The position numbers and the translations under genes are program-made. Under the pieces are notes generated by a model, which saw only the letters and a program-made list of their open reading frames with translations, made no database searches and was not told the origin of the DNA. 64,000 nt of DNA from the human T2T-CHM13v2.0 reference genome, Homo sapiens: NCBI RefSeq assembly GCF_009914755.1, contig NC_060925.1; one strand, written 5' to 3'. The stretch's first letter is position 1; each line of letters opens with the position of its first letter. Below are positions 26,701 through 40,323 of this stretch, piece by piece.

Positions 26701-29640
26701 CCTGCCCAAGGTCATATAGCCAACTACTGGCTGGGGGTGCCCGAGTTAAAAGCCAAAGTTAACCCTGTCTTAGCTCCTCCATTACATGATGTTGAACAGG
26801 AGCTAACAGTAATCAAGCATTAACAGAATGTCAGGCACTATGCGGTGTGTCACAAGGCTGTAATATTATCATTCCCATTTTACATATGAGAACACTGAGG
26901 GTCAGAGACATACATGCTCTTTGCCTAAATTGCTCCTTACTCTCCCCATCTACTGATTCCTGTTTGGGTAACAAAAATTCATCATTCAGGCTTCAGCCTA
27001 AAAGTTGTTTCCTTCAGGAAGCCTTCCTTCTCTGACCCCTCAAAATCTGGTGGGTAATCCCCTCTGCTGTCCCACAGTCCTCTATGGTTTTGTCCCTATG
27101 ATGGCATTTATGTACTGTGCTGTCATTGATTGTTTCAGGATCTGTTCCCCTCATCAAACTTTAAACTCCTCAAGGGCAGAGGGCAAGGGCTGTATTGCAA
27201 ATATACTGAATTCTTACACTAGGCTAGGTCCCTGGCATGTAGCAGGAGACCAGCAAGTATTCATGGAAGAAAATAAGGTCATAGGAAAGGAAGGAAGAAA
27301 GGAAAGAAGGACATGAGCTTCCCAAAGCCACAGAGTTGGGAAGTAGGGAAGTTGGGATTTGAATCCAAGCCGTGAAAACATACAACCTCCTCTTAAGGGT
27401 AGAGATCCTTTTATTTTATTCTTGCGGATTTGTCTTGGAAGTTGGCACATTAGCATCCTCCTATTAACATGTGTTAATCAATAGACTTTTAAGCTTTCAC
27501 TGATGAGAGACAGTGGGTGTGATTTTCCAGGATGCCTGTAGCCCTGAGAGGATAGGGTGGGTGGTCTATGCATACTTGGGGCTCCAGTTGATTTATGTTG
27601 AGTCCAACCCATTGTAATGATGATGGTGACTCAGATCAGGGAAGAGCTAGCCACTGGCCTGTGCAATGGCCTTCAAGGCCTGTGGGATGGGAGAGCCTAG
27701 AAAGATCAAGACACTGAAACTATGCTTCAGGTCAAGTTTTTCTACATGTTTTAGGACTAAAAGAGGCATATAATGATGTAAAATGCAGGGTGTCTTACCA
27801 CCCCAGAGGCTTAGGAGTGGTTTCTAGAGTTTAAACTCAGTTCATAATCATGAAAAACAGGTAGTTTCCCTGGGAGTTGAATTAAGTACCAAGAATTTCT
27901 GTTTTTGGTGTACTTCCCCACAAGCCCCCAAGAAGTTCATAAAAGGCATAGCATACAAAGCACACTGAAAATACAAATTATTCACTTTAAGATTGGGAAA
28001 CATTTTTTCTCTCTGAAAATTTCAGTTATCCCCATCCCCCATCACCACTACAAGAACAATACAGCTTTTACAAATTTTTACATTTATGATTTCTCTTTGA
28101 GATTTTATTTTAATAAAGAACTTTACTAACTTTTGAAGTTGCAAACCATATGCGACTTTTCGTGTCACTGTGAACCTCTGTAGACTATGATTTGGGACAA
28201 TGGCCAAGGCAATGGTAGAGTTGGGGAGTGGACAAAGTCCAGCCTATGAATTGAGTGACTAGAGTTGAGACAGAACTCTACCTCTGCCTCCCTAAGTAAC
28301 TCTGGGGAAGTCCCAATGTCATTTCCTTTTCTATGACAAGGGCATGAAAGGCCTCTCTGCTGACTTCTTGGACCACCCAAAGATCTACTGAGCCACTACC
28401 TTGGGGATATACTTTAAGAAGCAAATGACACCTACAAATATAAGTAAATTAGGGTAAGAATAAATCAAAGAAGAATGAAGCTTCATATCTAAATATATTA
28501 TCTAGATAATGAAAACCTTCACAAGGGCAAAATTGTATTTTATTTAAACTTTGGGGATATTTCTAGACTAGATTACCACCTTCTTCAAGCAAAGCACACT
28601 GACTCAGAGTTATTAATTACTGTCTTCAGGGGCTATGGAGGCAAAGAACTTGTGTTATACCGATTTCCTCAATATTGACTGGGCTCTATCTTTTACAGTT
28701 CTGGATTCTTATATTCTAAAAGCATTTTTCTGTCTTTTTCTCTCTGGTAAGCAGTCATTTCTTCCGGCAGTCAAAGCTGCTGCCTTTCAGGTTTCTCGAT
28801 CCCTGCTTCTAAACCACTTTAGATCAGAAAACCTGATTAGTTAAAATAGGGTGCAATATAAGAACCTATTAAGTTCTATGAGCAAACCAAAGGAGTTTTA
28901 TACGTCTTTATATTCATCTTCCTAAGGTCATGTGCCTCCCTGCTCAAAGCTTTCTAATGCTTTCCATTCCTACCAAAACAAGTCCAGACATCCCAGGCTG
29001 GTAAAGTTTTCAAGTCCTTCCATCTTCTGTCCTCAAAGCACATTTGCATTATTCCTCTTAGTGTGCTCCAGGTATTTGCCCATGCTCACCAGTGCTGCTC
29101 AGCCTCCTCTTGTGCCTTGAAACACTGCCCAACCTTCAAAGCTCAGTTTCTTACTGAAGTCTCTCCATGCCCTCAGTTACAAATAACCTCTCCAACCCCT
29201 GAATTCTCATATCATTTTGTCAGCATTCTCCTTTGGCATTTATCACTTTCTGACTTAAACTAATACATGTTGTTAGGATCATGTCTACTTCTTTTTACTA
29301 TCCTGAAACCTTCTTGGAGAGGTTCCCTACGATCCCTGTTACTGCCTCCTGCTGAATGAATGCATAAGGGACTGAGCAGTGACAAATATTTTGTCAGCTC
29401 TTAGTCTCTGACCCATGTTCGCCAATGTTCCCATAGCTGAGGCTGCTGCATACATAAGCTCCTACCAGATTCACTATGAGTGGGGAGTGACTCTTCCTTG
29501 AGGTAACTGGTAAGCCAAGAGTCTGTCCTTCCCTAGCCTCAGGGCACTTGGTCTCCCTCTCCCCTTTCCCTTCCTGGAAGAGGATCTGCATGAAGTATTT
29601 CACCCAAGTGGAGTGGTAGGTGACCTGCTGGGGCACTCAC

Positions 29641-30025
29641 CGCTGCCAAGCCTCAGGAGCAGCACGTCCTGGAGCCTCCGGTTAAGGTCACGGAGCTCCT
29701 TCATTTCAGACACAAGTGCCCCGTACTCCTTGAGCTTCTTGGCCTGTTGTACCAGCTGCCTCCGAGTCCGCTCCAGCTCCTGCTGGAGGTGGCGCATCTC
29801 TTCCTGTTGCTGCTGGTAGTTGCGCAGCAGCTCCTCATACAGAGCCCGGGGCACCACAGCATCTTCTAGACTGTCCATGTCCTCTGTGCCTGGCGAGGCC
29901 TCCACGAAGACCTCTTCCGGACACGTGCTATGGCCCAGGCTCAGGCCGTTCTGCTTCTCTAGCCGAGCCACCACTGCCTCGATGCTCTTGTGCGCCACTT
30001 CGCTCGGCTTCCGCCCCTCAGGTCT
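29641..30025 (-). CDS. BEND5: BEND5 coding exon 3 (RPEGRKPSEVAHKS...LLLRLGS; 385 nt; coiled coil)
   Basis: Acceptor TCCTACACAG|AGACCT, donor AGCG|GTGAGT. Heptad Q/E/L/R-rich segment YEELLRNYQQQQEEMRHLQQELERTRRQL...; ORF 29600..29998. Confidence 0.97.
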
Positions 30026-32077
30026 CTGTGTAGGACAACGAGAATCAGTTCAGGCAAGGGCAGCTGGGATTTTCTTGGACTGCAGATCAATATTTCCCCA
30101 GACAATCCTAAAATCACAGAATCACAGAACATCAGTGCTTGGAGAAACCTGTGCAAACACTTAGTCAAAGCCCTTCATTTTATAAATGGGGAAACATTTT
30201 ATAAATTTTATAAATGGGGTTCCGAGTGGGGAAGGGGCTTGCCCAAAGTCATAACCAGGACACTGGTTTCCCAGGCCTGCACTTTTTCCTTTTCACCACT
30301 CTGCCTCCTGGATGCATATACCATGACCACCCTTCCCAACTCCCCAGGCCCCAGCCCACCCACAATGCCTAGGCAGTGGCTTGCTCATGGGGGTGTTCAA
30401 TATGTATTTGTGGAGAATCAGGGAGAAATCAGGCCAGGCCAAGTGATCCCAGAGGACTCACAAATGTCTTCAACAACAAAAACATAAAATTCCTCCCCTA
30501 AAGGCAATTCACCATGTAAACTTTTCATCGACAATGCTTTAGATGGAAAGGATGTTAAAAACTCTAATCTACTCTAATCTAGAGCAGAAAACATGTCTTA
30601 TTTTCTCTGTTTCTCCTCTGCCTACTCACTCAGAACTGGCACTCAGTAGGGGCTTGAAAAATGTTTACTCAACTGAAAAGTTCAAAGAATTCTAGCATTG
30701 AAAGGTACTTTCAGTTTAACTGCCTCATGTTACAGGTGAGAAAACTGAGGGTCAGAGAGTTCAGGGAAGGACTACACTTAGGGTCACATAGTGAGATACA
30801 AACAGAGCCAAAACCAGAATTTGGAATCTAACTTCCAGTACAAGGCTCCTTCCAGACTCTCCTCAGCAAGACAGTGGATAGAGAGAAGAAAGTTCATTTA
30901 CAAGAGAATTATCCAGGACCCCCTCCAGAGCTTGGGGTTCCACTGCCTAAGGAAATTCTAGCTCAAGTAGCTACAGCTTCTACTGAGGGGCAGTGAGAGT
31001 TACAAGATCAAATGAATTCTTCACTCAGGGCAGGAGGGTTAGGAGCTCTCCTGACTGGGGCATGTGTAGGAAGTGCAGACAACTGAGGACATGAGATTCC
31101 AGGCAGTTCTAAGTTTCAGGAAATTTAAGGAAAACCAAACCAAATCAAACCCAGCCCAATGAAACCATGACTCTGATATTGTGTTACATGACAAAATCGT
31201 AAGTCGTTTTATCTGCTGAGATAAGGTGCTACTAGTGTAGATGAATTTATCATTTATCTAAAGTGATCGTTACAATATGTCTGCGTCACTATAATGTGAG
31301 ACCCCTGGAGGCAAGGACCATGTCTGGCTAATGGTTCCAGGTACGAGCACAGGGCCAGGCGCATAGCAGGAGTACAATGAATGCCATGAACTGAACTCAG
31401 CTACATTCCTTGGGAACACCCTCAACCTTGTGACCAAAATCAGACCATGGTCAATGCAGAAGACATCCCACTTCCTTATCGTCCTTCTCCCTTCCTCTCA
31501 GGTATCTACTGCACAGAAAAAAACAGCTAGCTTGCCGAACAAGATTTTCAGCAGTTTCCAAAGTGAAGGCTGGAGACCAACTGGGGCACACAGCAAGAAA
31601 ATGCAACCTCATGCAAATGTTTTCATCTAACCCGAGGTCTCACAAATCCCTTCTGTGAACCTCGTGCACTTCCCAATGAGTCCAGCCTTAGCTATCTGGG
31701 GCACTCTGACAGTGACTGGCCCTAAACTTCTCCCCAAGAACATCTGTTTAACGTTCTTGGAGCTTAGCAGTGACCTCTCCAGAGCTGTGGGCCAAGGAGA
31801 AACACACCGTTCCAAACCTCCAACAGCGATGACACTGCACAGACTGTGCAAACAGGACCAAGCTTGGTGGCACAGCATGAATCAGGGCTCTCTAGAAAGT
31901 TGGCCAGCAAGGCAAATACACACGAGTTGTCCCACGCTTTCACTACCCTGAAAAAATCATAGCCTGTGATACCAGGGGACATTTACATGGGGAGAGGAAG
32001 CCAGACTGAAACTCTTTAGCTACGAGATATCTGAAAATGCTCCAGCATACCTCCAAAGAAAGGAAAGATTTTGTTAC

Positions 32078-32211
32078 CTTGATGTGTCTAAGCTGTAAAT
32101 CTTCTTCCCCATAATCTTTAACCTCTCCATCTTCTTCTACATGATTAAGAGAAAGCTTGGGGATTTTTATTTTCTTCTGCATCACACTGTTTTCAAGGTC
32201 AGATTTGTCTT
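32078..32211 (-). CDS. BEND5: BEND5 coding exon 2 (EDKSDLENSVMQKKIK...LQLRHIK; 134 nt)
   Basis: Acceptor CATTTTAG|AAGAC, donor AAG|GTAACA. 226+134=360 nt keeps frame. Peptide lies within ORF 31943..32245. Confidence 0.96.
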
Positions 32212-33352
32212 CTAAAATGCATATCAAGAGAACAAGGTTCATCATGAGTTAAAATGAGTCATTATGAGTTTAGAATGCCCAAAACCTCAAATGCTAGAAA
32301 ATAATTGAGGCCAGACCAGTTAAAAAGGAAAAACAAACAGACTCAAGGCTGGTTCCCTCTTGCATGCAGGGATCCTAATAGCAGTGCAGATCTAGGAACA
32401 AGGGTGTTTGCTAAAAGCACTGTCATACAAAGTGTTGAAATAGCAGCCAGTGAATTTGCTTAGGGGTTTCTCTAAGTACATCCTAAAGGGTGGCCTTTTA
32501 TGGAATTCTAGAATCTTGAATTGGAACAGCCCTTAGATTGCTATCTGATCTAAACTAAAATGGCACATGAATCCCTCAACTCAACTGAGATCTTTCTAAG
32601 CCAAGTGTCTTCCCAGGAGAACTTGGTGGGTTTCTGTCAGCTCAAGTGCCAATAGACATGAGAGAGCTTATAGCTGATAGGGATGTAAGGAAGGGCAGGG
32701 GTATCTCCACAGCCCTGACATAAGGCAGGCTGAGGTAAGGCAGACGGGAGAAGAATAACATTTATCCCCTTTTTACTGGTATCAAATCTCAGCATGACTG
32801 AGTTTGAGGGACCTCAGTGAACAAGTGGTCCAACTCGCTCATGTTACATGAGGAAATTCAAACCCAGAGGATGGAAGAGGCTTGCCCACGGCATGAGTCT
32901 GAGGAACAGCCGGGAGTGGGAAAGAGGCCTCTGGCACCTCGCCCACTGCTTACGTGTGCTCACGACACATACTGAATGTAAAGTGCTACACAAATATAAA
33001 AGGATATTATTTCTACTCATTTTCTCATTCTTTAAGCTCAACCTAAGATAATCTGTTTCTTTTTCTGCACAGATTTCAAACTGGACTTTCCAGATTTGTC
33101 TCTCACTGGATATGTTCAAAAATAAAAGTTCAAACAAGAGGGCTCCAGAGGCAAAAATCTGAATCATCTCTGGACTGTCCCCTTGTGGTAAAATACTTTG
33201 TGTTCAGGGCTTAAACTGACACTTTAGAGATTGCTGTTTCTCATAGTCCTCAAAGGTTCCCACTGGTGTATCCCAAATGCGTTTTGTAGCATGTTGCCCA
33301 ATGTTGGATGTAGCATATGGCCAGGTAGTTAGTTAAATCCAGTCTTTAAGGG

Positions 33353-33355
<3 letters not shown>

Positions 33356-33401
<46 letters not shown>
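33356..33401 (+). repeat. (TG)23 microsatellite
   Basis: Direct reading. Confidence 0.97.
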
Positions 33402-33412
<11 letters not shown>

Positions 33413-33847
33413 TTGCATGTGTTAAACATGCTCTTACACTGTTCCCAGGCCAGGCTTCTCTCCTACAACTTGTTAGTAAAGCTGAGAATGCAGCTTATAA
33501 GCACATAACTATTCCAGAATGTACTCAAATGCTGAATCTTCTCAAATGCTCTTAGGGATGAAGGCCCAGCTGGTCAGAGGTAGGAGTCTAGTATCAGAGA
33601 CTTAAGTGTGAACCTCAGCTTTTCTATGACAGGATGAGGACAGGTAGGTAAGGGCCTTAATCTCTCTGAACTCAAGTCTCTCCTCATAATGGAGGTTGTG
33701 AGGATGAGAGCAATAATTCACGCAACCCACCGAACAGTGCCTGCTACACACTGAACATTCAATGGATGGCACAATATAATTGGTATTATCAATGTGTTCT
33801 GAATCATTTTCTTCTCTTAAGCATAAAGTGAATAGAGATTTAATTAA

Positions 33848-33874
33848 AACAACAACAACAACAACAACAACAAC
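33848..33874 (+). repeat. (AAC)9 microsatellite
   Basis: Direct reading. Confidence 0.95.
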
Positions 33875-36029
33875 AAAGAAATGATTTAAGTAGGGTAAGG
33901 ATGATAAATGAACTGCTCAGAAAAAAAAGAGGTGGTCTTTGTTAATAACCCCTACTGATGAAAACGGCCTTTCCCACTGAGTGGAGGAGCAATCCTTGGG
34001 TTCCTATTTTCACAATGGCTCATTCTTGCACTCATTGTGCCTATAAAACACATCCAATGGGTTAGGCATGAACAACAATAGGGACTCAGGGTTTTCTAAA
34101 AGAGCAACAGTTTCCCTCCTACAAATCATTGCTGACTTCTAAGTCAAAAGGCTGCTAAAATGTAAAATCTAAAGAAAGTACTTCAGATGAAATTATCTTG
34201 CAATGGTGTTTTTTTGTGTGTGTGTATGTGTGTGTGTGAAAAAAACAGACAAAAAGAGAGAAAGAGAGAGAGACGATGAGGGTGGTATTAGGATTTCTGA
34301 ATGTGTTGGGGCAAAGCTCCTGGACTAGTCTTCAGTTTGACAAGTTGAGGGCAAAGTCTGACATGCAGAGCCACCAATTAGAAATGACAAGCTATGCTAT
34401 GCCTTCCTGCGCTGAAACTCTGTAGCTCAGGATCATGTTAGTGTGGAGAAAAGCAATCGTTCGGACTCACAAAACCATGTTAACATCTGGATGGAGAATG
34501 AACCTCAGATCATCCGATTCTATTTTTCAAAATGCAGATGAGAAAAACAAGGTTCTAAATGGTGAAGTCTGTGCATCCATCCATGCAACTCTCAGGCCTA
34601 GGAATACAGGAGGGGCAGGATGAACAGGGTCCCCATCCTGGAGAGCTCACTGTTGTGCAAGGTCACAGAAGTTACTGTCATAACATGAATGTAGGAGAAC
34701 TCTGACCACATAATCCAGTTCCAGAGCTTTGCCTTCTATGCCTCGACTTAACCTTTACTGAGAATTTACTCTGTAGGATCTAAACTGGCCCGGGGGACAC
34801 AGATGAACAAACATCCAGTTGGGGATACAAGATAAAAACACAAGAAAAGAGAACCCAAGATCTCAAATGCTGAATTTGAATAAGGGAGAAGTAACTGCTA
34901 AAGGATTTTAGGAGCATGGGAGATCACTTCCGTCAGTGTAACCCTGGAAGGCTTTTGAAAGGAGGTGGCATTTGAGCTAGACTCCTTACTTGCTAGGTGA
35001 TCTTGAGTAAGTTAATTTACTTCTCTGAGACTATTTCCTCATCTATGAATTGAAGTAAATAATTCCTACTCACGTTGCAGAACTGTGAAGATTACCAATT
35101 CTATGTGTTAAAAACTTGAGCAGAGTGAATGGCACTTCAACAGTTGGTGCTCATAAAAGGATAGCCATTTAAAGGATGGTAAGAATCTGGACTACACAAG
35201 AGGGGTAAAGAATAGAAGCCAAATGGGGAAGGGGGGGAAATATTTGGATCAAAATGGTTATGAAAGATGGTTCAGTTATAAGCAGGAGGGAGAGGTGAGA
35301 AGGCAAGAAAAGGTGGTTGGAACTAGAAAATAAGTGGCCTTGAATGCCAAGTTAAGAAGAGCTGAGGCTCAGTGTGCAGATGTGGAATAAACTAGGCGTC
35401 AGACAACCTGGATTCCAAGTCCAGTTCTGTCGCTTTGTAGGTGTGAGATGTCAGGCAAGCTGCTACCTCACTGAGCATAATTTTTCTCTGTAGAAATGGA
35501 GATACAATATCTACCTCAAGTAGGATCAAATCAGCTCAGTAAATGTTCCTTGAAAACAATAGAGCCCCGTGCAGACAAAGGTGCAGCGGATGACAGAGCT
35601 CAGCAAGGACTGCCTGCTGGCTTCTGCTGGCTTGGGGCTTGGGGCAGGCTTGCTTCTGGAGGTAGAGACCTGCTTAGCTGCCTAAGATGGGTGACACTCC
35701 CCATCTGATGACAGGAGGCCTCATTCCCCCACCAGCTATACTCAAGGCTCTAAGCTCTTCCATCTAATTAGAATGCCCTTCTTTCTTATGTGCTAGACAA
35801 ACTCTGCTTAGCTTCCACTCATCTCCTCCCTCCCTCTCAAAGATGCATTACACATCTACACATCCTACCTACCTTCTTTGTAGTCTATTATCTTACTATT
35901 TGCAATTATCTGCTTAAAGATCTTATCCACTGGCGTATGAGTAACCTCATCAGGGCAGGGCCCATATCATAGAACTATCCATACAATAGAGACTCATCAA
36001 ACAAAAATGTTTAATTAAAGAATAATAAA

Positions 36030-36850
36030 AACAGGCTACACCAATGAGTATATGAAAGGAGCTCAACATCATCAATCATTAGGGAAATGCAAATCAAAAC
36101 TACAAGGAGATACCACTTTATACTCATTAGGATGGCTCAAATCAAAAATAAAAGGAAAATAACAAGAGTAAAGAATGTAAAGATATTGGAACTCTCATAC
36201 ATTCCTGCTGGGTATTGTAGAATGGGCAGCCATAGTAGAGAACATTATGGCAGTTCCTCAGAAAACTAAACACAGAATTACTATAACCCAGCAATTCCGC
36301 TCCTGGGTGTATATGCAAGATAAATGAAAACATATACCCAAACAAAAACTCACACACAAATGTTCATAACAGCATTATTCATTAACAGCCAAAAGGTGGA
36401 AAAAAACCCAACTGTCCATCAACTTATGAATGGATAACAAAATGTGGTATACCCATACAACAGAGTATTATTCAACCATAAAAAGAAATGATGTACTGAC
36501 TCATGTTACAACATGGATGAATCTTAAAAATATTATGGAAAGTAAAAGAAGCCAGACACAAAGGCCATTTATTGATTTCATTTATATGAAATGTTCAGAA
36601 TGGGTAAATCCATAGAGACAAAAAGTAGTTTAGTTGTTACCAAGAGCAGGGGGAAAAGGGCAATAAAGAGTGACTGCTCAATGGGTAACACGGATTTATT
36701 TTCTTTTTGGGTGATAAAAACGTTCCGGAATTAAGTAGTAGTGATGGTTACAGAACTTTAGGAATATACCAAAAAACACTCACTTGCACACACTTTAAAA
36801 TGGTTAAAATGGTAAAATTCACATTGAATGAAATATACCTCAATAAAAAA
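36030..36850 (+). mobile_element. Old L1M (L1MB-like) 3' fragment
   Basis: GCTCAACATCATCAATCATTAGGGAAATGCAAATCAAAACTACAA..., ACAACATGGATGAATCTT; ends CTCAATAAAAAA. Confidence 0.88.
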
Positions 36851-39800
36851 TTAGGTTACCACTTGTGGAATGTCTACTACATGTCAGATACCTCTATAAA
36901 GATCTTCATATAAATTATACCTCACAACAACCTTGCAAGTAGGTATTATAAGCCACATTTTTTTTTCCAAAAAAGAAGAAATGAGGCTCAAAGAAACAAA
37001 ACTCTCCTCCTAAAGTCACCCAGCTGGGAAGGTGCAGAGCCAAGATGTGCTATAGATCTATGTGCCTCCTAAGCCTATGCTTTAAACACATTCCTGGAAC
37101 ATGGTAGAGCCAGAATAAATACTGAATGAATGAGTGAATGACAGCTACAGTTGAGGACATCTAAATTCCCCAGCCTAAGCTCAAAGCAGAAGACCACTTG
37201 ACTCCCACTTTCTTGCCAGACCACGTCCTCTATCCTCAGTAAGTCTCCAGAAAGCAGCAACCATCACCAGGCACAACAGAAACAAGTTGTGGCCAACCCT
37301 CAGGGCTTGAATGGGTTCTTTGAAAAGGTGGCTGAATAGTCCAGGAAGCTCTGAGGTGTCAGGAATGAGTTCAGGAAAGGGACAGAAGCAGATAGCACCT
37401 TGATTCACATGCCTCTTGACCTGGATCCTGGCTGCCTCCATGCTTGGCCAGGGGGATTTCGAGGCTCCTCTGAGAGTTAACCACCTCCTGGCTCCATCCT
37501 AATACTTACCAGTCTCTTCCTGGACCCATGTTCCCAGAGTGAGGGTCGGGAAGTCCCAAGTCCTCTGCTCATTCTTTTCTGCAGGCAGTGAACATTTACT
37601 GTTCCTGTTTTGATTTCAGCACTATGCTAAGTAGTCCTTGTGTTTTTGGTCCTTACAACCCAGTATATGATAAGAACCCAACCAAAATGCAAGGTGTGAC
37701 TTCGTGAGAGACACTGGCTTATATAGTGCAAATATCTGCTCTCTATGCCATCCTAACCCTAATCCTGAGTTGAAGGTATAGATACCTCACATCCATAGAA
37801 GATTACTGAACATTCAGTGTCATCATAACAAATGGAAGAAATGGTTGGGAGAGGGTGGCCCAGTATCTAGCAAAAACAGTGCAGTCTTTTGAATCAGGTG
37901 GTCCTAATTTGGAATTCTGGCTTTGCTACATACTAACTGTGGCAGCTTGGGGTAAGCTAGTTAACCTGTCTGAGACTCAGTTTCATTACCAGTGAAGTGG
38001 GGATAATAAACTCTTTTCCAAAGAGATAGTGCATGTAAAAGCACCAAGCACAGTGCCTTTCTTGTCATAGATGTTCAATAAATAGCAGCTGTTAGGCTAC
38101 CCTTGTGTATTACCTGTTTGCCTTTTGTCCCAAGGCAAAGAGAACCACTGCAGGTATCTGACACAGACTGAGACATGATGAAAGAGATGTTTTAGGAAGA
38201 TTAATGTGACAGTGGCAAGCAAGACGGATAAGACGTGAGGAGGAGACAGAACACAGGGTGACAAGAAGCTGTAACTCTTGACTGGTCACATGAATGAAGG
38301 TGAATGGTGGTGTGGATCATGTAAGACAGTAAATACTTTATGTGGCATTTTAATGTGACTTTGGGATATGCTTCTGGCTTTGAATTCCAAGAAACCACAG
38401 AAGAAACTAGGAAGGATGAAAAAGCTCTTTACTCAGCCGGTCTGTGCAACTACTCTAACCTTGAGGCCAAATAATCAGTTTTAGTGTAAACAAAAATAAA
38501 TGTGCAGCCTCTGAAGATAAAATCACCAATCTTCACTTCTGGACTCTTTTATGTCCAGGGCAAGGGAAACCACCAAAGATTTGGGCATTATCCTTTTCCT
38601 CCTCCTTTCTAGCTACTACAATGTCAGCTAATTACATTCATCCATTCAACAAATACTGAGTGAGCACCTACTATGTGCCAGGCTCTGGGCAACATTCCTT
38701 ACAAACTCACTATATTTAATCCCTACAATAATGCTACTGAAGCAGAAACTGAGGCTCAAAGAAGTGAAGTGGCTTTCATAAAGACATAAATAGCAGAGCC
38801 AACATTTCAAATCAAGTCTGTTTAATACAGGCCCTGTTCCTATCACCTAATTATCCTACAGCAACAAGAGAAAAATAAGGAAGTTGCTGTAACTTCCTCA
38901 AATGAACTAAAAGGCACATGTAACATGATGAGTATGTCAATATAACTTCCTAAAGTGCCTGCCTTTCTCCCAAGATCTTGCCTACACCCTAAGAGAATAC
39001 TGTGATGAATTCCCAAGTTGAAGTAAACACTATATAAATATGACCTGTTGCCAAACTCCTGAACTACAAGGCTTATGGAAGCCACAAAGCTCTAAATAAT
39101 GCCCAAATAGGGTCTCTACTCAAAGCCACAAAGAGCTTTCTTGTAAAAAAAATGGTAAAAACTGCTATTCAAAAATATAGAAGAACTTGGTGTTATTAAT
39201 CTGAGGAGGATAAACATTCCATTAAACTTACTACTGGGGAAAAAAGGAAGCATGCTGGTAATAGGCAAATGGTGTTTTAGAAAAAACAAGCAGGTGACAG
39301 GAAACCCAATGCAAGTCTGTATTCAAAAGTGAATTTACCCATGAAGAATTTACAGTATTATTAAAATGGGAGAAATTTTGTCTTAACTTCCATTTGACAT
39401 ATAATCAGGCTGGGCAATTAAAATAATCCAATGTCAGAGAGCCTAATTTGGTATGAGTTTGTTAGCCAGGATGAAATTCTGAAAGGCTACACATAAAATG
39501 CTTTGTAAAGGTCTTATAAATATCTATATATAAGTTTAAAGTTTTTCATCTATACAAAAATCCTGTGCAGTTTTATGTTTGCATTAAAAACAGATATGCC
39601 ACAGAAAATACAAACACAGTGCATTCTCTGGCCGATGGTGTTTGTTTTTATAAAATCCAAGGCAGACAAAATTCTCAAGTTTCAAGGATTGTACCCAGCC
39701 AAGACTACAAAAAAAAGAGTGCCCTGCTGTGGTGTTGCAGAAAGACATCAGGAGACACCAAATCGAGGCCTGCCTCTCTCATTAACTTGTTTGGTGATTA

Positions 39801-40270
39801 GTCCTCTCTTGATTTTCTTTTCTGTAAAACATGAAGACTACAGTAGAAAACCTTAACAGATCCATCCAGCTATGTGACCGCTGGCCAGTCACAGGGACTT
39901 CCAGGTCTCTTTCTCAGCTGTGTAATGTAGGGTAACAGTAGATGAGCTAGAAGATTCTTCCACGTGGGCATGTTTGAAGAAATGCCCTACTGAGGCCATC
40001 CACATAGGGAGAGAAGGAATTGCTAGCCAGGTTTCAGTAGGTCTCCTTGTTCTCACTCCCACCACCTCTCTGGCCTTGGTACAGGACTGGGGCACAGAAA
40101 AAACTGGGAAGTTCATTCTATGGAGCCATTTGTCTAGCTGCCTCCATGTGCCTCACCAGGGCTGTTGCCAACACAATAAATGCCCCCAGGATAGGGTCGC
40201 AGAGGAACAAACAGGGAGGGAAATATTAATAGTAAGCCTTTCATGCTTAGGTCAAGTCCCAGGAGGATTT

Positions 40271-40273
<3 letters not shown>

Positions 40274-40321
<48 letters not shown>
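40274..40321 (+). repeat. (AC)24 microsatellite
   Basis: Direct reading. Confidence 0.97.

Positions 40322-40323
<2 letters not shown>

Noticed and set aside
29613-30487. Plus-strand ORFs overlapping exon 3
   Set aside because: Antisense shadow frames of a coding exon with no independent coding signal.
32212-32245. In-frame MMNLVLLICIL upstream of exon 2, resembling a signal peptide
   Set aside because: It is the translated polypyrimidine tract of the exon 2 acceptor; no evidence for a promoter there.
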